This document shows positions 50,716-62,000 of a stretch of 64,000 bases of DNA, piece after piece. The position numbers and the translations under genes were made by a program. This stretch comes from an uncultured Solibacteraceae bacterium (GTDB lineage Bacteria; Acidobacteriota; Terriglobia; 20CM-2-55-15): positions 65,877 through 129,876 of the forward strand of contig CAZPBY010000011.1 of assembly GCA_964584785.1 (NCBI GenBank), read 5' to 3'. Position 1 is the first letter of the stretch. Each line of letters opens with the position of its first letter. Under the pieces are notes generated by a model. That model ran no database searches and was not told the origin of the DNA. It saw only the letters and a program-made list of their open reading frames with translations.

Positions 50716-53496
50716 TTATTTTCGTTGGGCCTTCCGCAGCTCTTCCAGCGTGCGTTTCAACTCGTCGAGCTTACTGCCGGCTTCGCCCAGCTTACCATCT
50801 GCGGTCAGCCGCTGGTAGTCCGCGAGTGCGGCGTTTGCGCGATCCACCAGGCTGTGAACATCGGCGCCTGCCGTGGATCCCGGCGCCGGTTCGCCCGTGG
50901 CGGCGGTTGTCGCGCCCGGGGTTGTTGAAGTGGACTGCGTAGTCGTTTCCGGGCCGCGGCCTGTGGTCAATTGCGTGAGCGCTTCTTCGAACGTCGACGC
51001 GTAGGCGAGGCGGTCCTGTGTCGCCAGCACGACAAGCCGCAACTCCGGCATTGGGCTTCGTTCCGCCTGGAGATAAATCGGCTCGGCGAACAACAAGGTG
51101 TCGTTGAGCGGCATCACCAGCAGATTTCCTCGTATGACTTTCGAACCCTGCTGATTCCATAGCGTGAGCTGCGACGACAGCTGAGAGTTCTGATCGATGC
51201 GCGCCTGAATCTGCAGCGGCCCGTCGACGAACGTGGTTTTCGGAAAGTGATAAGACCGAAGCTTGCCGTACGCATCGCCGTCGCTGCGCGCGGCCAGCCA
51301 CCCGATCAGGTTGTTTCGGTTCGCGGGAGTGAACGGCAGGATTGAGACGAACTCGAGGTTCTTGTCGCCCGGAAACGCCATCAGGATAAAGAACGGCTCG
51401 AGCGCATCCGGGGAAGACACGCCGCTTCCTTGCGAGCGGCTCTGCTGTGCGACCGTCCACAAATCTTCATGGTTGTAAAACACCTGTTCGTTCTCGACGT
51501 GATACGTCGTGTACAGCATCGCTTGAACGCGGAGAAGCTCCTCCGGATACCGAACGTGCTTGCGCAGCGAATCGGGCATGGACGCCGCGGGTTTGAACAG
51601 CTGCGGAAACATCTTCTGGTAAGCGTCGATCAGCGGATCCGTGGTGTCGAACACGTAGAACGAAACATCGCCGTTGTAGGCGTCCACAGCAATTTTTACG
51701 CTGTTGCGAAGGTAGTTGATGTAACCGTTGGACGTCCGAATGTGCCGTGCGTAGGGGTATTGATCGGTTGAGGTGTATGCGTCGATCAACCAGTACAGCG
51801 CTCCATCGTCCCCAACTACAATGTACGGATCCGGATCGAGCGTCAGAAAGGGCGCAAGCCGCTGGGCGCGATCGCTGATGTTGCGATGCAGCAGAAGCTT
51901 GCTGTCGGCCGTGATGTCATCCGAGAAGGGAACCTTCAGAATATCGCCGTTCTCGAACGCAAGCACCAGGCGGCGCGCAAGCGAACTCATCGCAATTCCA
52001 CCGGTACCCGAGTAGGTCGTGTAGTTGTTGGAGTCGCCCTCCGGATAGTTGAATTCTTTTTGATGGGTCTTCACATAAACAGGCCAGTCCGTGAGTTCGC
52101 CGAAATAAATTTCCGGCCGGGTGACTTTGATGTCGGGCCGTGCTGTTTTGACGGGCATGTCGGACAAGACGAACTGCGGCAGACCTTCGCGTGAAAACCG
52201 GCTGACGGGATTCATCGTCACACCATAGCCGTGCGTGTAGATCAGCCTCTGGTTCACCCAGTTCTGAGATCCGGCGGGTAGCTTGTTCAAACTCAACTCG
52301 CGAGTCGCCAGCATCACCTCCACGGGTTTGCCGTCCACGGTGTATCGATCGACGTCGATGTCGTGAAAGTCGTAGTAGGTCCGGATTTCCTGAATCTGCC
52401 GCAACGTATCCTGCAGCGCGCGCCAGTCCCAAAGCCGAATGTTGTCGAGCGTGGGCCGGTGTTCGCTCGGATCGAACGTCGCGTTGATGAGATTCGGCTG
52501 GAACGGAACTTCCTCCACGTGGTCGAGATCGAACGCGCGGCGAGTGAACTGGATGTTGTTGCGGATGTACGGCGTTTCCCGCACCAGTTCGTTGGGACGC
52601 ACAACGAATGTCGTGGTGTATGCGGGAATGAGAACGCCGGCAACCGCGTACGTCGCGGCGGGCAGCACTACCGCCGCAACCAGATTTCGAATGCGGCCCG
52701 ACGCCAGATTCAACAAAGCGATCGCGGCTCCGGCAACGAGTGCAACGGACGTCAGGGCTAGTGCGGGCGCGGCGATCTTGTCGCCGACGTAACTGATTCC
52801 GGAGAAGAGTTCGTGATCCTCGAGGAGCAGTTTGTAACGCGCGATGAACACTTGAAGCGCGGCCGCCGCGAGCAGGAAACTCAGCGCAATCGAGACGCCG
52901 CGAAACCGGGCCGTCGAATCGGCTATCGATAACAGCATCGCCGCGACCATGACGACGACTGCCAGAGCCGTGAGCCAGCCGCCGATGAGGTCCAGCGCCG
53001 GGATCGTGAAAAAGAAGAACGAGAGCGGTTTGCCGAAGATCGGATCCACCGTCGCGTCGCCACCGGCGCGATTAATGTACAACGCCAGCGTCATCCACTC
53101 GCCGCTGAAGATCAGACCGAAGAACACGCCGGCGAGAATCGCAACCGGACGTGCCAGGCTTCGCGCCGTCTCCAGACCGGGGAGGTAAACCGGGTTTCCG
53201 TTGAGCATCATCAGCGCTCGCCGTGGTCCTCGTGACGACGGAATGACGAGCCGGAACAAGACCCAAAGAATGATCGTCGTCGCCAGGAAGAACGCCGCGA
53301 AGACGAGGGATTCCGCCTTCAACTGATACCAGTAGACGGACTCGAATCCGAGGCTCCCGAACCAGAGACTATCCACGTAAATCGACGTCGACTGGAAAGC
53401 AGCAATGACGACAATGATTATCAGAACAATTTTGAGAATGAATCGCCGGGAAGGCCCTGCGGGTAGTGCCGGTGGATCATAAGGAGTGGATCGCAT
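50716..53496 (-). CDS. UPF0182-family large membrane protein
   Basis: About 926 aa. N-terminus …IVLIIIVVIAAFQSTSIYVDSLWFGSLGFESVYWYQLKAE… and the overall size and topology match UPF0182 (COG1615). Confidence 0.55.
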   Translation of the reverse strand: MRSTPYDPPALPAGPSRRFILKIVLIIIVVIAAFQSTSIYVDSLWFGSLGFESVYWYQLKAESLVFAAFFLATTIILWVLFRLVIPSSRGPRRALMMLNGNPVYLPGLETARSLARPVAILAGVFFGLIFSGEWMTLALYINRAGGDATVDPIFGKPLSFFFFTIPALDLIGGWLTALAVVVMVAAMLLSIADSTARFRGVSIALSFLLAAAALQVFIARYKLLLEDHELFSGISYVGDKIAAPALALTSVALVAGAAIALLNLASGRIRNLVAAVVLPAATYAVAGVLIPAYTTTFVVRPNELVRETPYIRNNIQFTRRAFDLDHVEEVPFQPNLINATFDPSEHRPTLDNIRLWDWRALQDTLRQIQEIRTYYDFHDIDVDRYTVDGKPVEVMLATRELSLNKLPAGSQNWVNQRLIYTHGYGVTMNPVSRFSREGLPQFVLSDMPVKTARPDIKVTRPEIYFGELTDWPVYVKTHQKEFNYPEGDSNNYTTYSGTGGIAMSSLARRLVLAFENGDILKVPFSDDITADSKLLLHRNISDRAQRLAPFLTLDPDPYIVVGDDGALYWLIDAYTSTDQYPYARHIRTSNGYINYLRNSVKIAVDAYNGDVSFYVFDTTDPLIDAYQKMFPQLFKPAASMPDSLRKHVRYPEELLRVQAMLYTTYHVENEQVFYNHEDLWTVAQQSRSQGSGVSSPDALEPFFILMAFPGDKNLEFVSILPFTPANRNNLIGWLAARSDGDAYGKLRSYHFPKTTFVDGPLQIQARIDQNSQLSSQLTLWNQQGSKVIRGNLLVMPLNDTLLFAEPIYLQAERSPMPELRLVVLATQDRLAYASTFEEALTQLTTGRGPETTTQSTSTTPGATTAATGEPAPGSTAGADVHSLVDRANAALADYQRLTADGKLGEAGSKLDELKRTLEELRKAQRK

Positions 53497-53531
53497 GTTT
53501 GCTCATACTATTCTAATTAGGAACGGAAATA

Positions 53532-53579
53532 GAAATTGGACGAATCCTGCATTGGCAATGCAGGATTCGTTCAATTTCT
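53532..53579. promoter_or_regulatory. Near-perfect 22-bp-arm palindrome (gaaattggacgaatcctgcattg gc caatgcaggattcgttcaatttc) in the divergent UPF0182 / XDH promoter region. Candidate dimeric-regulator operator.
   Basis: Read from the sequence. AT-rich. Centred about 50 nt upstream of the xdh small-subunit start. Confidence 0.3.
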
Positions 53580-53605
53580 GAATTCCCCCGTACAATTGAA
53601 AGGCT

Positions 53606-54082
53606 ATGGATAAAACCACAATTCCAATTCGGCTCAGGGTCAACGGGCGTGACCACCATCTCGACATCGATGCGCGGGTGACGTTGCTCGACGCGCTTCG
53701 CGAGAATCTGCAGCTTACCGGCACCAAGAAGGGCTGTGACCACGGGCAGTGTGGCGCGTGCACCGTTCACGTGAACGGCCGGAGGATCAATTCATGCCTG
53801 ACATTAGCCGTCATGCATCAGGGGGATGAAATCACGACTATCGAAGGTCTGGCGCGCGGCGACGAGCTGCATCCGGTGCAGGCCGCGTTCATCGAACACG
53901 ACGCGTTTCAATGCGGCTACTGCACGCCGGGCCAGATCATGTCGGCCGTGGCGCTGCTCGGGGAGCCGATCGAACCGAAGGACGACGCCGTTCGCGAAGC
54001 CATGAGCGGCAACATCTGCCGCTGCGGCGCGTATCCCAACATTGTTGCGGCCGTGCGGTTCGCGCAGTCGCGGAGGAGTTGA
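53606..54082 (+). CDS. Xanthine dehydrogenase-family (2Fe-2S)-binding small subunit (CoxS/XdhC-like)
   Basis: CDHGQCGACTV… and CGYCTPG…C.C cysteine clusters. Confidence 0.85.
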   Translation: MDKTTIPIRLRVNGRDHHLDIDARVTLLDALRENLQLTGTKKGCDHGQCGACTVHVNGRRINSCLTLAVMHQGDEITTIEGLARGDELHPVQAAFIEHDAFQCGYCTPGQIMSAVALLGEPIEPKDDAVREAMSGNICRCGAYPNIVAAVRFAQSRRS

Positions 54083-54085
54083 ATT

Positions 54086-55075
54086 ATGCAGCCATTTCAA
54101 TACGCCGCCGCAGACACTGTTCAAGACACGGTTCGCAGTGCCGCTGCGAACGGACGAGGCCGATTCATCGCCGGCGGCACCTGCATGGTCGACCTCATGA
54201 AGCTGGACGTGGAAACGCCGGAGCAATTGATCGACGTCAATCGGCTTCCACTCGAGACCATCAGCGCAACACCTTCGGGAGGCGTTCGGATCGGCGCGCT
54301 GGCTCGCAACAGCACCGTTGCGCATCATCCTTTGATTCGTGAGCGCTATCCCCTGTTGTCGGAAGCCGTATTGTCCGGCGCTTCCGCGCAACTTCGCAAC
54401 ATGGCGACGGTCGGCGGGAATCTGATGCAGCGCACACGATGCACGTATTTCCGCGATATCCATCAACCGTGCAACAAGCGATCGCGCGGCTCCGGTTGCG
54501 GCGCTCTGGATGGCTTCAACCGGGCTCATGCGATTCTCGGAACGAGCGATCACTGCATCGCCACGCATCCGTCCGACATGAGCGTTGCCCTGATCTGCCT
54601 CGACGCCGTGATCGAGACTCAGGGGCCGGAGGGTCCTCGTCAAATCGGCATCCGTGATTTCCACACGCTGCCCGGCGACACGCCGCATATCGAGACGGTT
54701 TTGCGGGACGGTGAACTGATCGTGGCGGTCGAAGTTCCAGCGCCGCCGCGAAACGCCGTCAGCCGGTATGTGAAGGTGCGCGATCGCGCATCTTACGAGT
54801 TCGCGCTTGTTTCGGTCGCCGCGATCCTTTCGCTATCCGGTGGAAACATCGCCGAAGCGCGCATTGGCTTCGGCGGCGTCGCAACGAAGCCGTGGCGTGC
54901 GGATGCCGTTGAGAATGTGCTCCGCGGCGCCAAACCCACGGCGGAGCTGTTCCGCTCGGTGGCTCAGACGGCCGTTGCGGAAGCTGTTCCGCGGCGTCAC
55001 AACCGGTTCAAGGTCGAATTGTTGAAGCGCACTCTGATACGAACATTGTCCGATCTCACGGGAGTTCAGCTATGA
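54086..55075 (+). CDS. Xanthine dehydrogenase-family FAD-binding medium subunit (CoxM/XdhB-like)
   Basis: FIAGGTCMVDLMK FAD-binding motif. CO-dehydrogenase flavoprotein C-domain. Confidence 0.8.
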   Translation: MQPFQYAAADTVQDTVRSAAANGRGRFIAGGTCMVDLMKLDVETPEQLIDVNRLPLETISATPSGGVRIGALARNSTVAHHPLIRERYPLLSEAVLSGASAQLRNMATVGGNLMQRTRCTYFRDIHQPCNKRSRGSGCGALDGFNRAHAILGTSDHCIATHPSDMSVALICLDAVIETQGPEGPRQIGIRDFHTLPGDTPHIETVLRDGELIVAVEVPAPPRNAVSRYVKVRDRASYEFALVSVAAILSLSGGNIAEARIGFGGVATKPWRADAVENVLRGAKPTAELFRSVAQTAVAEAVPRRHNRFKVELLKRTLIRTLSDLTGVQL

Positions 55076-57207
55076 GTGGAAAGGCGGCCCGACCTATGGA
55101 TCGCGTCGATGGAAAACTGAAAGTGACCGGCGTCGCGCAGTATGCCGCCGATCGCGGTGCCGAAGGAATGTTGTATGGAGTGCCCGCCGGCAGCACGATC
55201 GCTCGCGGACGCATTCTGGCCATGAATACCGAACGCGCTGAGAAATCTCCCGGCGTCGCGGCCGTCATTTCGCGACGGACGATGCCCCGGTTGAAAATGC
55301 CCGCGAACGATTTTGGTTCCTGGACGAAACTCGGCGAAGCCCGGCTGTTATTCGCGGACGACAACATCCATTACGCCGGACAATACGTTGCGCTTGTCGT
55401 CGCCGACACGCTCGAACACGCCACCGCAGCTGCAGCTCTGGTCGACATCTCATATGAAGAGCAAAAGCCTGTCGTCGAGACCGGAAATGCGATGGACACG
55501 CTGTTCGTGCCGAAGGCGGTTTTCGGACCGCCGCATAAGGCTCGCGGCAACGTGGATCAGGCTTTGAAGACTGCCAGGTTCAGGCTGGATCAGAACTACA
55601 GCACTCCCATCGAGCATCACAATCCGATGGAACCTTCGGCCACAGTCGCCGTTTGGCACAACGATAATCTGACGCTGTACGATGCCACCCAGTGGGTGAT
55701 GGGCGCTCGAAACTGCGTGGCCGATATGCTCGACATCAATCGCGAGCGCGTCACGATCGTTTCCGAGTTTGTCGGCGGCGGCTTCGGCTGCAAGGGTTTC
55801 ATCTGGCCCCATCAGGTTCTGGCAGCGATTGCCGCAAAGCAGGTGGGCCGTCCGGTGAAGGTGGCGCTGAGCCGCAGGCAGATGTATTCGGCGTGCGGCC
55901 ACCGGCCGGAGACGCGTCAGCAGGTGACGCTCGGCGCGGATGACAAAGGCAGGCTGGTGGCGATCCGTCATTCGAGCATCTCGCAAACGTCGACGGTCGA
56001 TGAACACACGGAGCTTTGCGGTGTGGCCACCGGCTTCCTCTACGATTGTCCGAATGTTGAAACGAATCATCAACTGCTGCGCGTCAACATCGCCACGCCG
56101 ACGCCGATGCGGGCCCCCGGTGAAAGTCCGGGAATGTTCGCGACCGAATCCGCGCTCGATGAGTTGTCGTACCTCGCGGGTCTCGATCCCGTCGAACTGC
56201 GGCTTCGCAACTATGCGGAGACCGATCCGGATGTCCGGCTACCGTTTTCCGGAAAACATCTGCGCGCATGCTATGAGATAGGTCGCGAGCGCATCGGTTG
56301 GAATCAACGATCGCGTGAACCGCGTTCGATGCGCGACGGACGGTATCTCGTGGGCTACGGCATGGCGACGGCGACGTATCCCGCATATCGCTCTCCAGGC
56401 GCGGCTCTGGTTCGATTGCACGATGACGGCATCGTCGAGGTGGCAAGCGCAACTCAGGACATCGGAACCGGTACTTACACCACCATGACGCAGATTGCCT
56501 CCGAAACGCTCGGCATTCCGGCCAGTCAGATTCACGCCTCGCTCGGCGATTCACGGCTGCCTCCGGCTCCGGTGTCCGGCGGTTCGATGACGACGGCTAG
56601 TGTGACGCCCGCGGTCAAAGCGGCGTGTGAGGATGCGCTCCGCAAGCTCGCTCAAATGGGGATGAAGGACGGCGAACGCAATTACGCCGCTATCCTTCGG
56701 AGTAAGGGCGTTAAACAGATCGAAGGCCATGCCCAGGTTCAACCCGGCGAAGAATGGGCGAAGTTCTCGTTTCATTCTTTCGGCGCCCAATTCGCTCAGG
56801 TCCGCGTGGATCCGGAACTGGGAATCGTCGAGGTGCAGCGCATGGTCAGCGTCTTCGACATCGGCCGCGTGCTCAACATGAAGACGGCGCGCAGCCAGGC
56901 TTACGGCGGAATCACTCAGGGAATCGGGATGGCGCTGATGGAGCACACCATTTACGATCAGCGGAACGGCGCGATCGTCAGCGATAACCTTGCGGACTAC
57001 CTGCTTCCCGTCAACGCGGACATTCACCACATCGACGTATCGTTCGTCGATATTCCCGACATGAACATCAGCTCGGTCGGCGCCCGGGGAATGGGCGAGA
57101 TTGCGATTACCGGCGTCGCTCCGGCGATCGCCAATGCCGTGTACCACGCCACCGGCATCCGCGTCCGCGACCTTCCGATCACGATCGAGAAGCTGTTGGC
57201 CTCGTGA
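55072..57207 (+). CDS. Xanthine dehydrogenase-family molybdopterin-binding large subunit (CoxL/XdhA-like)
   Basis: 711 aa. Ald_Xan_dh_C-type motifs (…GGGFG…). 4-bp overlaps with flanking genes. Confidence 0.85.
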   Translation: MSGKAARPMDRVDGKLKVTGVAQYAADRGAEGMLYGVPAGSTIARGRILAMNTERAEKSPGVAAVISRRTMPRLKMPANDFGSWTKLGEARLLFADDNIHYAGQYVALVVADTLEHATAAAALVDISYEEQKPVVETGNAMDTLFVPKAVFGPPHKARGNVDQALKTARFRLDQNYSTPIEHHNPMEPSATVAVWHNDNLTLYDATQWVMGARNCVADMLDINRERVTIVSEFVGGGFGCKGFIWPHQVLAAIAAKQVGRPVKVALSRRQMYSACGHRPETRQQVTLGADDKGRLVAIRHSSISQTSTVDEHTELCGVATGFLYDCPNVETNHQLLRVNIATPTPMRAPGESPGMFATESALDELSYLAGLDPVELRLRNYAETDPDVRLPFSGKHLRACYEIGRERIGWNQRSREPRSMRDGRYLVGYGMATATYPAYRSPGAALVRLHDDGIVEVASATQDIGTGTYTTMTQIASETLGIPASQIHASLGDSRLPPAPVSGGSMTTASVTPAVKAACEDALRKLAQMGMKDGERNYAAILRSKGVKQIEGHAQVQPGEEWAKFSFHSFGAQFAQVRVDPELGIVEVQRMVSVFDIGRVLNMKTARSQAYGGITQGIGMALMEHTIYDQRNGAIVSDNLADYLLPVNADIHHIDVSFVDIPDMNISSVGARGMGEIAITGVAPAIANAVYHATGIRVRDLPITIEKLLAS

Positions 57208-57701
57208 ACGACATGACGCCCAAAGCTGCAAGAATTCTCGTCCTGGCTCTGATGTTCGTGACCGTGGGCTGCGATCGCGTCACCAAACAACTGGCCGCCG
57301 CGAATCTGGTTGGAGTCGTGCCGGTGTCCTATCTCGGCGATACGATCCGGTTGGAGTACACCGAGAACGCCGGCGCTTTCCTGAGTCTGGGGGAGAATCT
57401 TCCCGATTGGGCGAGGACGGGAGTGTTTGTTATAGGTGTCGGTGCGCTACTTCTCGCGGTCGCGTATCTGGCGATCCGGCATCGCTGGTCGGGCGGCCTG
57501 CTGATCGGCGCGGCGCTGATGTGGGCCGGCGGCCTGTCGAACCTGGTCGATCGCATCGTGCGCGGACACGTCGTCGACTTCATCAACCTCGGCGTCGGCT
57601 CGCTGCGCACCGGCATCTTCAACATCGCCGACGTCGCGATCATCACCGGCGTCGCCTTGATCCTGATCGAGAGCGCTCGAAAGGAAGACGTCCTCGCCTG
57701 A
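57204..57701 (+). CDS. lspA: Lipoprotein signal peptidase (signal peptidase II)
   Basis: Motifs TENAGAFLS (NxGAAF), GGLSNLVDR, VVDF, FNIADVAI. Four TM helices. Confidence 0.8.
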   Translation: MNDMTPKAARILVLALMFVTVGCDRVTKQLAAANLVGVVPVSYLGDTIRLEYTENAGAFLSLGENLPDWARTGVFVIGVGALLLAVAYLAIRHRWSGGLLIGAALMWAGGLSNLVDRIVRGHVVDFINLGVGSLRTGIFNIADVAIITGVALILIESARKEDVLA

Positions 57702-57840
57702 ATTTGGCATCGAGCCTCAACGCTGATTTCAAGATTTTGTAAATTTCTCGCTCAATAAAAGGTAAACGCGGCGCCATTACGGGTATGTCCGGGGTTGGCA
57801 CTGACTTTCATGTATGCATACTGTCATAATGAACTCCGGT

Positions 57841-59079
57841 TCATTCCAACCTGCCCAACACTGAATCCAGGTTGGCTCGCGCGATCGCCACCTCCGCTTC
57901 GGCGGCGAGTTCCGCTGTTTGCGCGTCGAGAAGGGACCGTTGTTGAAAGATAACGTCGGTGAGTTTGGCATCGCCGAGTCTATAGGCGAGTTGCGTTATG
58001 GAGAATCCCGCTTCGCTCTCACCCACCACGCCGCCTCGAATCAAGTCTAAAGAACGCATGGCGGCTTCGTACCGGCGCGAGGCGGCTGTCACTTCCATGC
58101 GAATCGTGTTCTCCAACGCCTCGCGCTCTGCTGTTGCCTGGCTGATTTTCGATGCGGCTTCCTGAATATTCCCCTGTTCCCGATTCCAAAGCGGCAAGGG
58201 AATAGACACACCGAACTCCAGCACGCTGTCTTTCACAAACGCTTGTGGTTGCGTTGCCGTTGCAAAGCGGCTGACGTTAGGCTCTCGAGCATAACGAACG
58301 GACCCGACGATCGTCGGCGCCACCTGCGCACGCGCAAGCATGACGCCGACATTCGCGAGCGTTTCACGAATGCGCGCGGCGCGAAGATCGGGTCTGGTGC
58401 GGAATGCGGCCTCGATGAGATCGTCTTCAGTTTCGCGCGATGCGGGCATGGTCACGGGGAGCGACGGTAATGGCAACGGCTCTGCAGGGGAGATCCCGGC
58501 TATTTTGCGGAGTTCCAGCATTTCTTGAGTCAGTTGGCTTTCCGCCGAGAGCCTTTGTGCTTCTACTCGATTGTTTTCAGCTTGCAAAAGGTGCGATTCG
58601 AGCCGTGATGCATCCCCCGATGACAGTCGCACCGTCATCACCTGTACCATTTGCTGATTGAGCCCTCGGTTCCGCTCGAGGAAATTCAGCCGTGCAGAAG
58701 TTTCGGCCGCACGCAAATACGCGATTCTCAACTGTCCGATCAACTGGCGCTCCTGGTCCGCAATTTCCGCCTTAGCGAGTTCAAGTTCAGCTTCCGCGAC
58801 TTGTGTGCGCTTCAGTCGTTTACCGCCGATTTCAAACGCCTGGGAAAGCGTTACCGCGAATCCGCTTTCGCCTTCGTTCGCGAAAAGCGCATCTGTGGTT
58901 CTCGACAAGTCCAGTGAGGGATTCGGTCTCAGCGCTGCCTGTTTCAATCGTCCCTCCGCTTGCCGAAGCTGTTCGCGCGCCGCATGCAGGCTCTTGTTCT
59001 GCGCCAGCGTGGTTTGTGCGAGTTGATCGAATGAGATTCCCGCTGTGGCTTGCAGCATCAAAAGAAAAACAAGTGTCAT
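57841..59079 (-). CDS. TolC-like outer-membrane efflux protein (CzcC/CusC family)
   Basis: Duplicated OEP coiled-coil repeats. Signal peptide. ATGA-type overlap with the upstream RND pump. Confidence 0.7.
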   Translation of the reverse strand: MTLVFLLMLQATAGISFDQLAQTTLAQNKSLHAAREQLRQAEGRLKQAALRPNPSLDLSRTTDALFANEGESGFAVTLSQAFEIGGKRLKRTQVAEAELELAKAEIADQERQLIGQLRIAYLRAAETSARLNFLERNRGLNQQMVQVMTVRLSSGDASRLESHLLQAENNRVEAQRLSAESQLTQEMLELRKIAGISPAEPLPLPSLPVTMPASRETEDDLIEAAFRTRPDLRAARIRETLANVGVMLARAQVAPTIVGSVRYAREPNVSRFATATQPQAFVKDSVLEFGVSIPLPLWNREQGNIQEAASKISQATAEREALENTIRMEVTAASRRYEAAMRSLDLIRGGVVGESEAGFSITQLAYRLGDAKLTDVIFQQRSLLDAQTAELAAEAEVAIARANLDSVLGRLE

Positions 59080-62000
59080 AAAGCTTCCTCGCCTGAAATC
59101 GAAAGGTGCTCGCGCGCCATTTTCCGACGAAGGATTGCGCGCTGCTCGGGCTGCACCTCTCGACCGAATTTCAAGAATAGAGTTGGCAGAACGATCATGT
59201 TCAGAAATGTCGATGTCAGCAGGCCGCCGATGATGACCACGGCCATCGGTTGCTCCAGTTCGCGGCCAGGCCGGCCTGCGCTCAAAGCCAACGGCAATAG
59301 ACCAAGGCCGGCGGTAAGCGCCGTCATCAGGATAGGTGCGAGCCGCTCCATTGCCCCTCGAATCACAAGTTCTCGTCCAAATGGCAGGTTTTCCTCGATC
59401 ATCAAATGGTTGTAGTGGGTCATGAGCATTATTCCGTTGCGCGTGGCGATGCCGAAGAGAGTGACGAAACCGACAAGTGAGGCGACCGATGTCTCACCTT
59501 CGCTCGCGATGAGGACCGCGCCCACCCCACCGATCAGGGCGAGTGGCAAGTTCGACATCACCAGAACGGCCTGCCGCAGGGAACGGAAAGCGAGGAACAA
59601 CAGAAGGAAAATGCCGACAACGGCAGCGGTGCCAAGTAGCATAATCTGCCGGAATGCTTCGGTCTGCGCCTCATACTGCCCGCCATACGCGATGTAGTAT
59701 CCGGATGGCAGCTTCACTTTCTCTGCGACTCGCTGCTTGACCTCAGGCACAACGGATGAAAGGGAACCGCTGATGTTCGACGAAACCACAACACGACGCT
59801 GGGCATTCTCGCGGTTGATCATGCCGGGTGCATTGACGATTTCAATATCAGCGAACTGAGCCAATGGGATTTTGCCGCCGAGGGGCGTGTCGATAAGCGT
59901 GCCGCGTATGGCATCCAGATCGGAAGCAGTTGCCGGATCAAACCGCACAACCAAATCGAACGACCTTTGCTGCTCGAAGACATCCGACACTTTCGTTCCA
60001 AAGAAACCTGTCTCGATTGCTTCGGCCACATCGCGGCTATTCAGCCCATGCAGCGCCATTGGGTCGCGGCGGAATTGGATGAGAAGTTTCGGAACGCCGG
60101 TCTGCTGTTCGACGGCGAGATCCGTGACGCCCTCGATTTGAGCCATCACATTGCGAACCTCCTCGCCCTTCGCCTGAAGGACATCGAGATCGGGGCCGAA
60201 TACCTTCACGACGACGGTGGCGGTTGTCCCGGTCAACGTCTCTTCAATGCGCTCCGAGATGAACTGCATCACATTGAACGTGAACCCGACAATGTCTTCG
60301 AGGTGGCGCCGCACATCGTCGAGCACTTCGTCGCGCACGCGTGATGTGTCCTTGAGATTGACGTCCAGTTCGGTGATATTCGGCCCAAACGTGTCCTCAC
60401 CAAGCTCGGTCCGTCCGGATCGCTGCGCAGTCTTGAGCGTCTCGGGAACCTGCCTCAAGCGATCCTGCACGATGGCACCGACGCGCATGGATTCTTCGAG
60501 TGATGTGCCGGGCAGTCCGTTCATGTGAATGATGAGACTTCCTTCATTGAACTCCGGTAGAAATTCACCGCCGAGAAAAGGAACTGCGATTAGCGCACCG
60601 GCGAGAAGGAGTATAGAGACCACGAGGACAGCACCCGGGTGATTGAGAACCGGATCGAGATATCGGCGGTAGCGCCGCTTAAGGAAGGCTGTCGTCTGTG
60701 TATCCTCCGGGCGCATTGCTACGCCGGGAAGGAAAAAATAACAAAGAGCCGGGGTTACCGTGAGGGCGACGAACAGCGAAGCGAGAATCGCAATGATATA
60801 CGCGTAACCAAGCGGTGCAAAAATCCGGCCTGCCAATCCGGACAGGGAAAAGATCGGCAGAAACACCAGTGCCACGATGACTGTCGCATACACCACTGAT
60901 CCGCGTACTTCGGTCGATGCCCGATAGATGACGGACAGTACTGGTTCCGGTTTTTCCCGAGCGCCGTTTTCGCGCAAACGGCGAAACACGTTTTCGACGT
61001 CGATAATGGCATCATCCACGACTTCGCCGATGGCAATGGCGAGGCCTCCCAGTGTCATCGTATTGATCGTGCCGCCAAGACGATCCAGCGCGATGATCGC
61101 AGCGAGCAGCGACAGCGGAATTGCCGTAAAGCTGATCAGCCCTGCCCGCCAACTGAAAAGAAATACAATCAGAACGATGATGACCAGGATGCCGCCCTGA
61201 ATCATCGCCGAGTTGATGTTCGAAATCGCACGCTCAATGAAGTCCGCCTGACGGAAGATCGCGGGGTCGAGAATGACATCCGACGGAAGAGCGCGCTTCA
61301 CTTCCTCCAACGCAGCTTCGGCCGCATGAGTCGTTGTGAGCGTGTTCGCCCATGGCTGTTTGTTGACCATGAGAAAAACGCTGGGCTTTCCGAAGGTGGA
61401 GGAATCACCAACCTTGTACTCGGCGCCGAGTCGTACCTGGGCCACGTCGCGGATTCGGACCGGCACCTTGTTTTTGACTTCGACGGTTGCGTTCTCCAGA
61501 TCTGAAATCGAGTGCACGCGGCCTTCGCCCTGAATGACCATCGACTGCTGCCGCGTGTCAAAGAATCCGGCTCCGGCGATGGCGTTAGCGCTCCGCGCAG
61601 CAGTCACGACTTGGGTTAGGGTGACGCCATAGTCCTTCAGTTTCACCGGATCGGGAATCACCTGGTATTGCTTGACCTCACCTCCAAAAGTCGTCACTTG
61701 AGCAATTCCGGGAACGGCGAGCAACCGCGGACGGAGAGTCCAATCCGCCATGGTGCGGAGATCCATTAACGATGTTTTGTCTGATGTGAGACTGATCTTC
61801 AGCAGAACGCCGGCCGGAGGGCTGATGGGCATCATCTGCGGTTGTCCCGCCGTGGCCGGCAAATGTGTGGACGCCAGCTGAAGCTTCTCCGTGATGAGCT
61901 GCCGGGCGCGAAAGATATCGGTGTTGACCTGAAAAACACATGTGATGACCGAAAGCCCCACAATCGAGGAGGAGCGAATCGTGTCCAGCTCGGCTGTGCC

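Noticed and set aside
57777-57971. 64-aa ORF in the lspA/tolC-like convergent spacer
   Set aside because: It overlaps the 3' end of the TolC-like gene. No RBS. Likely spurious.
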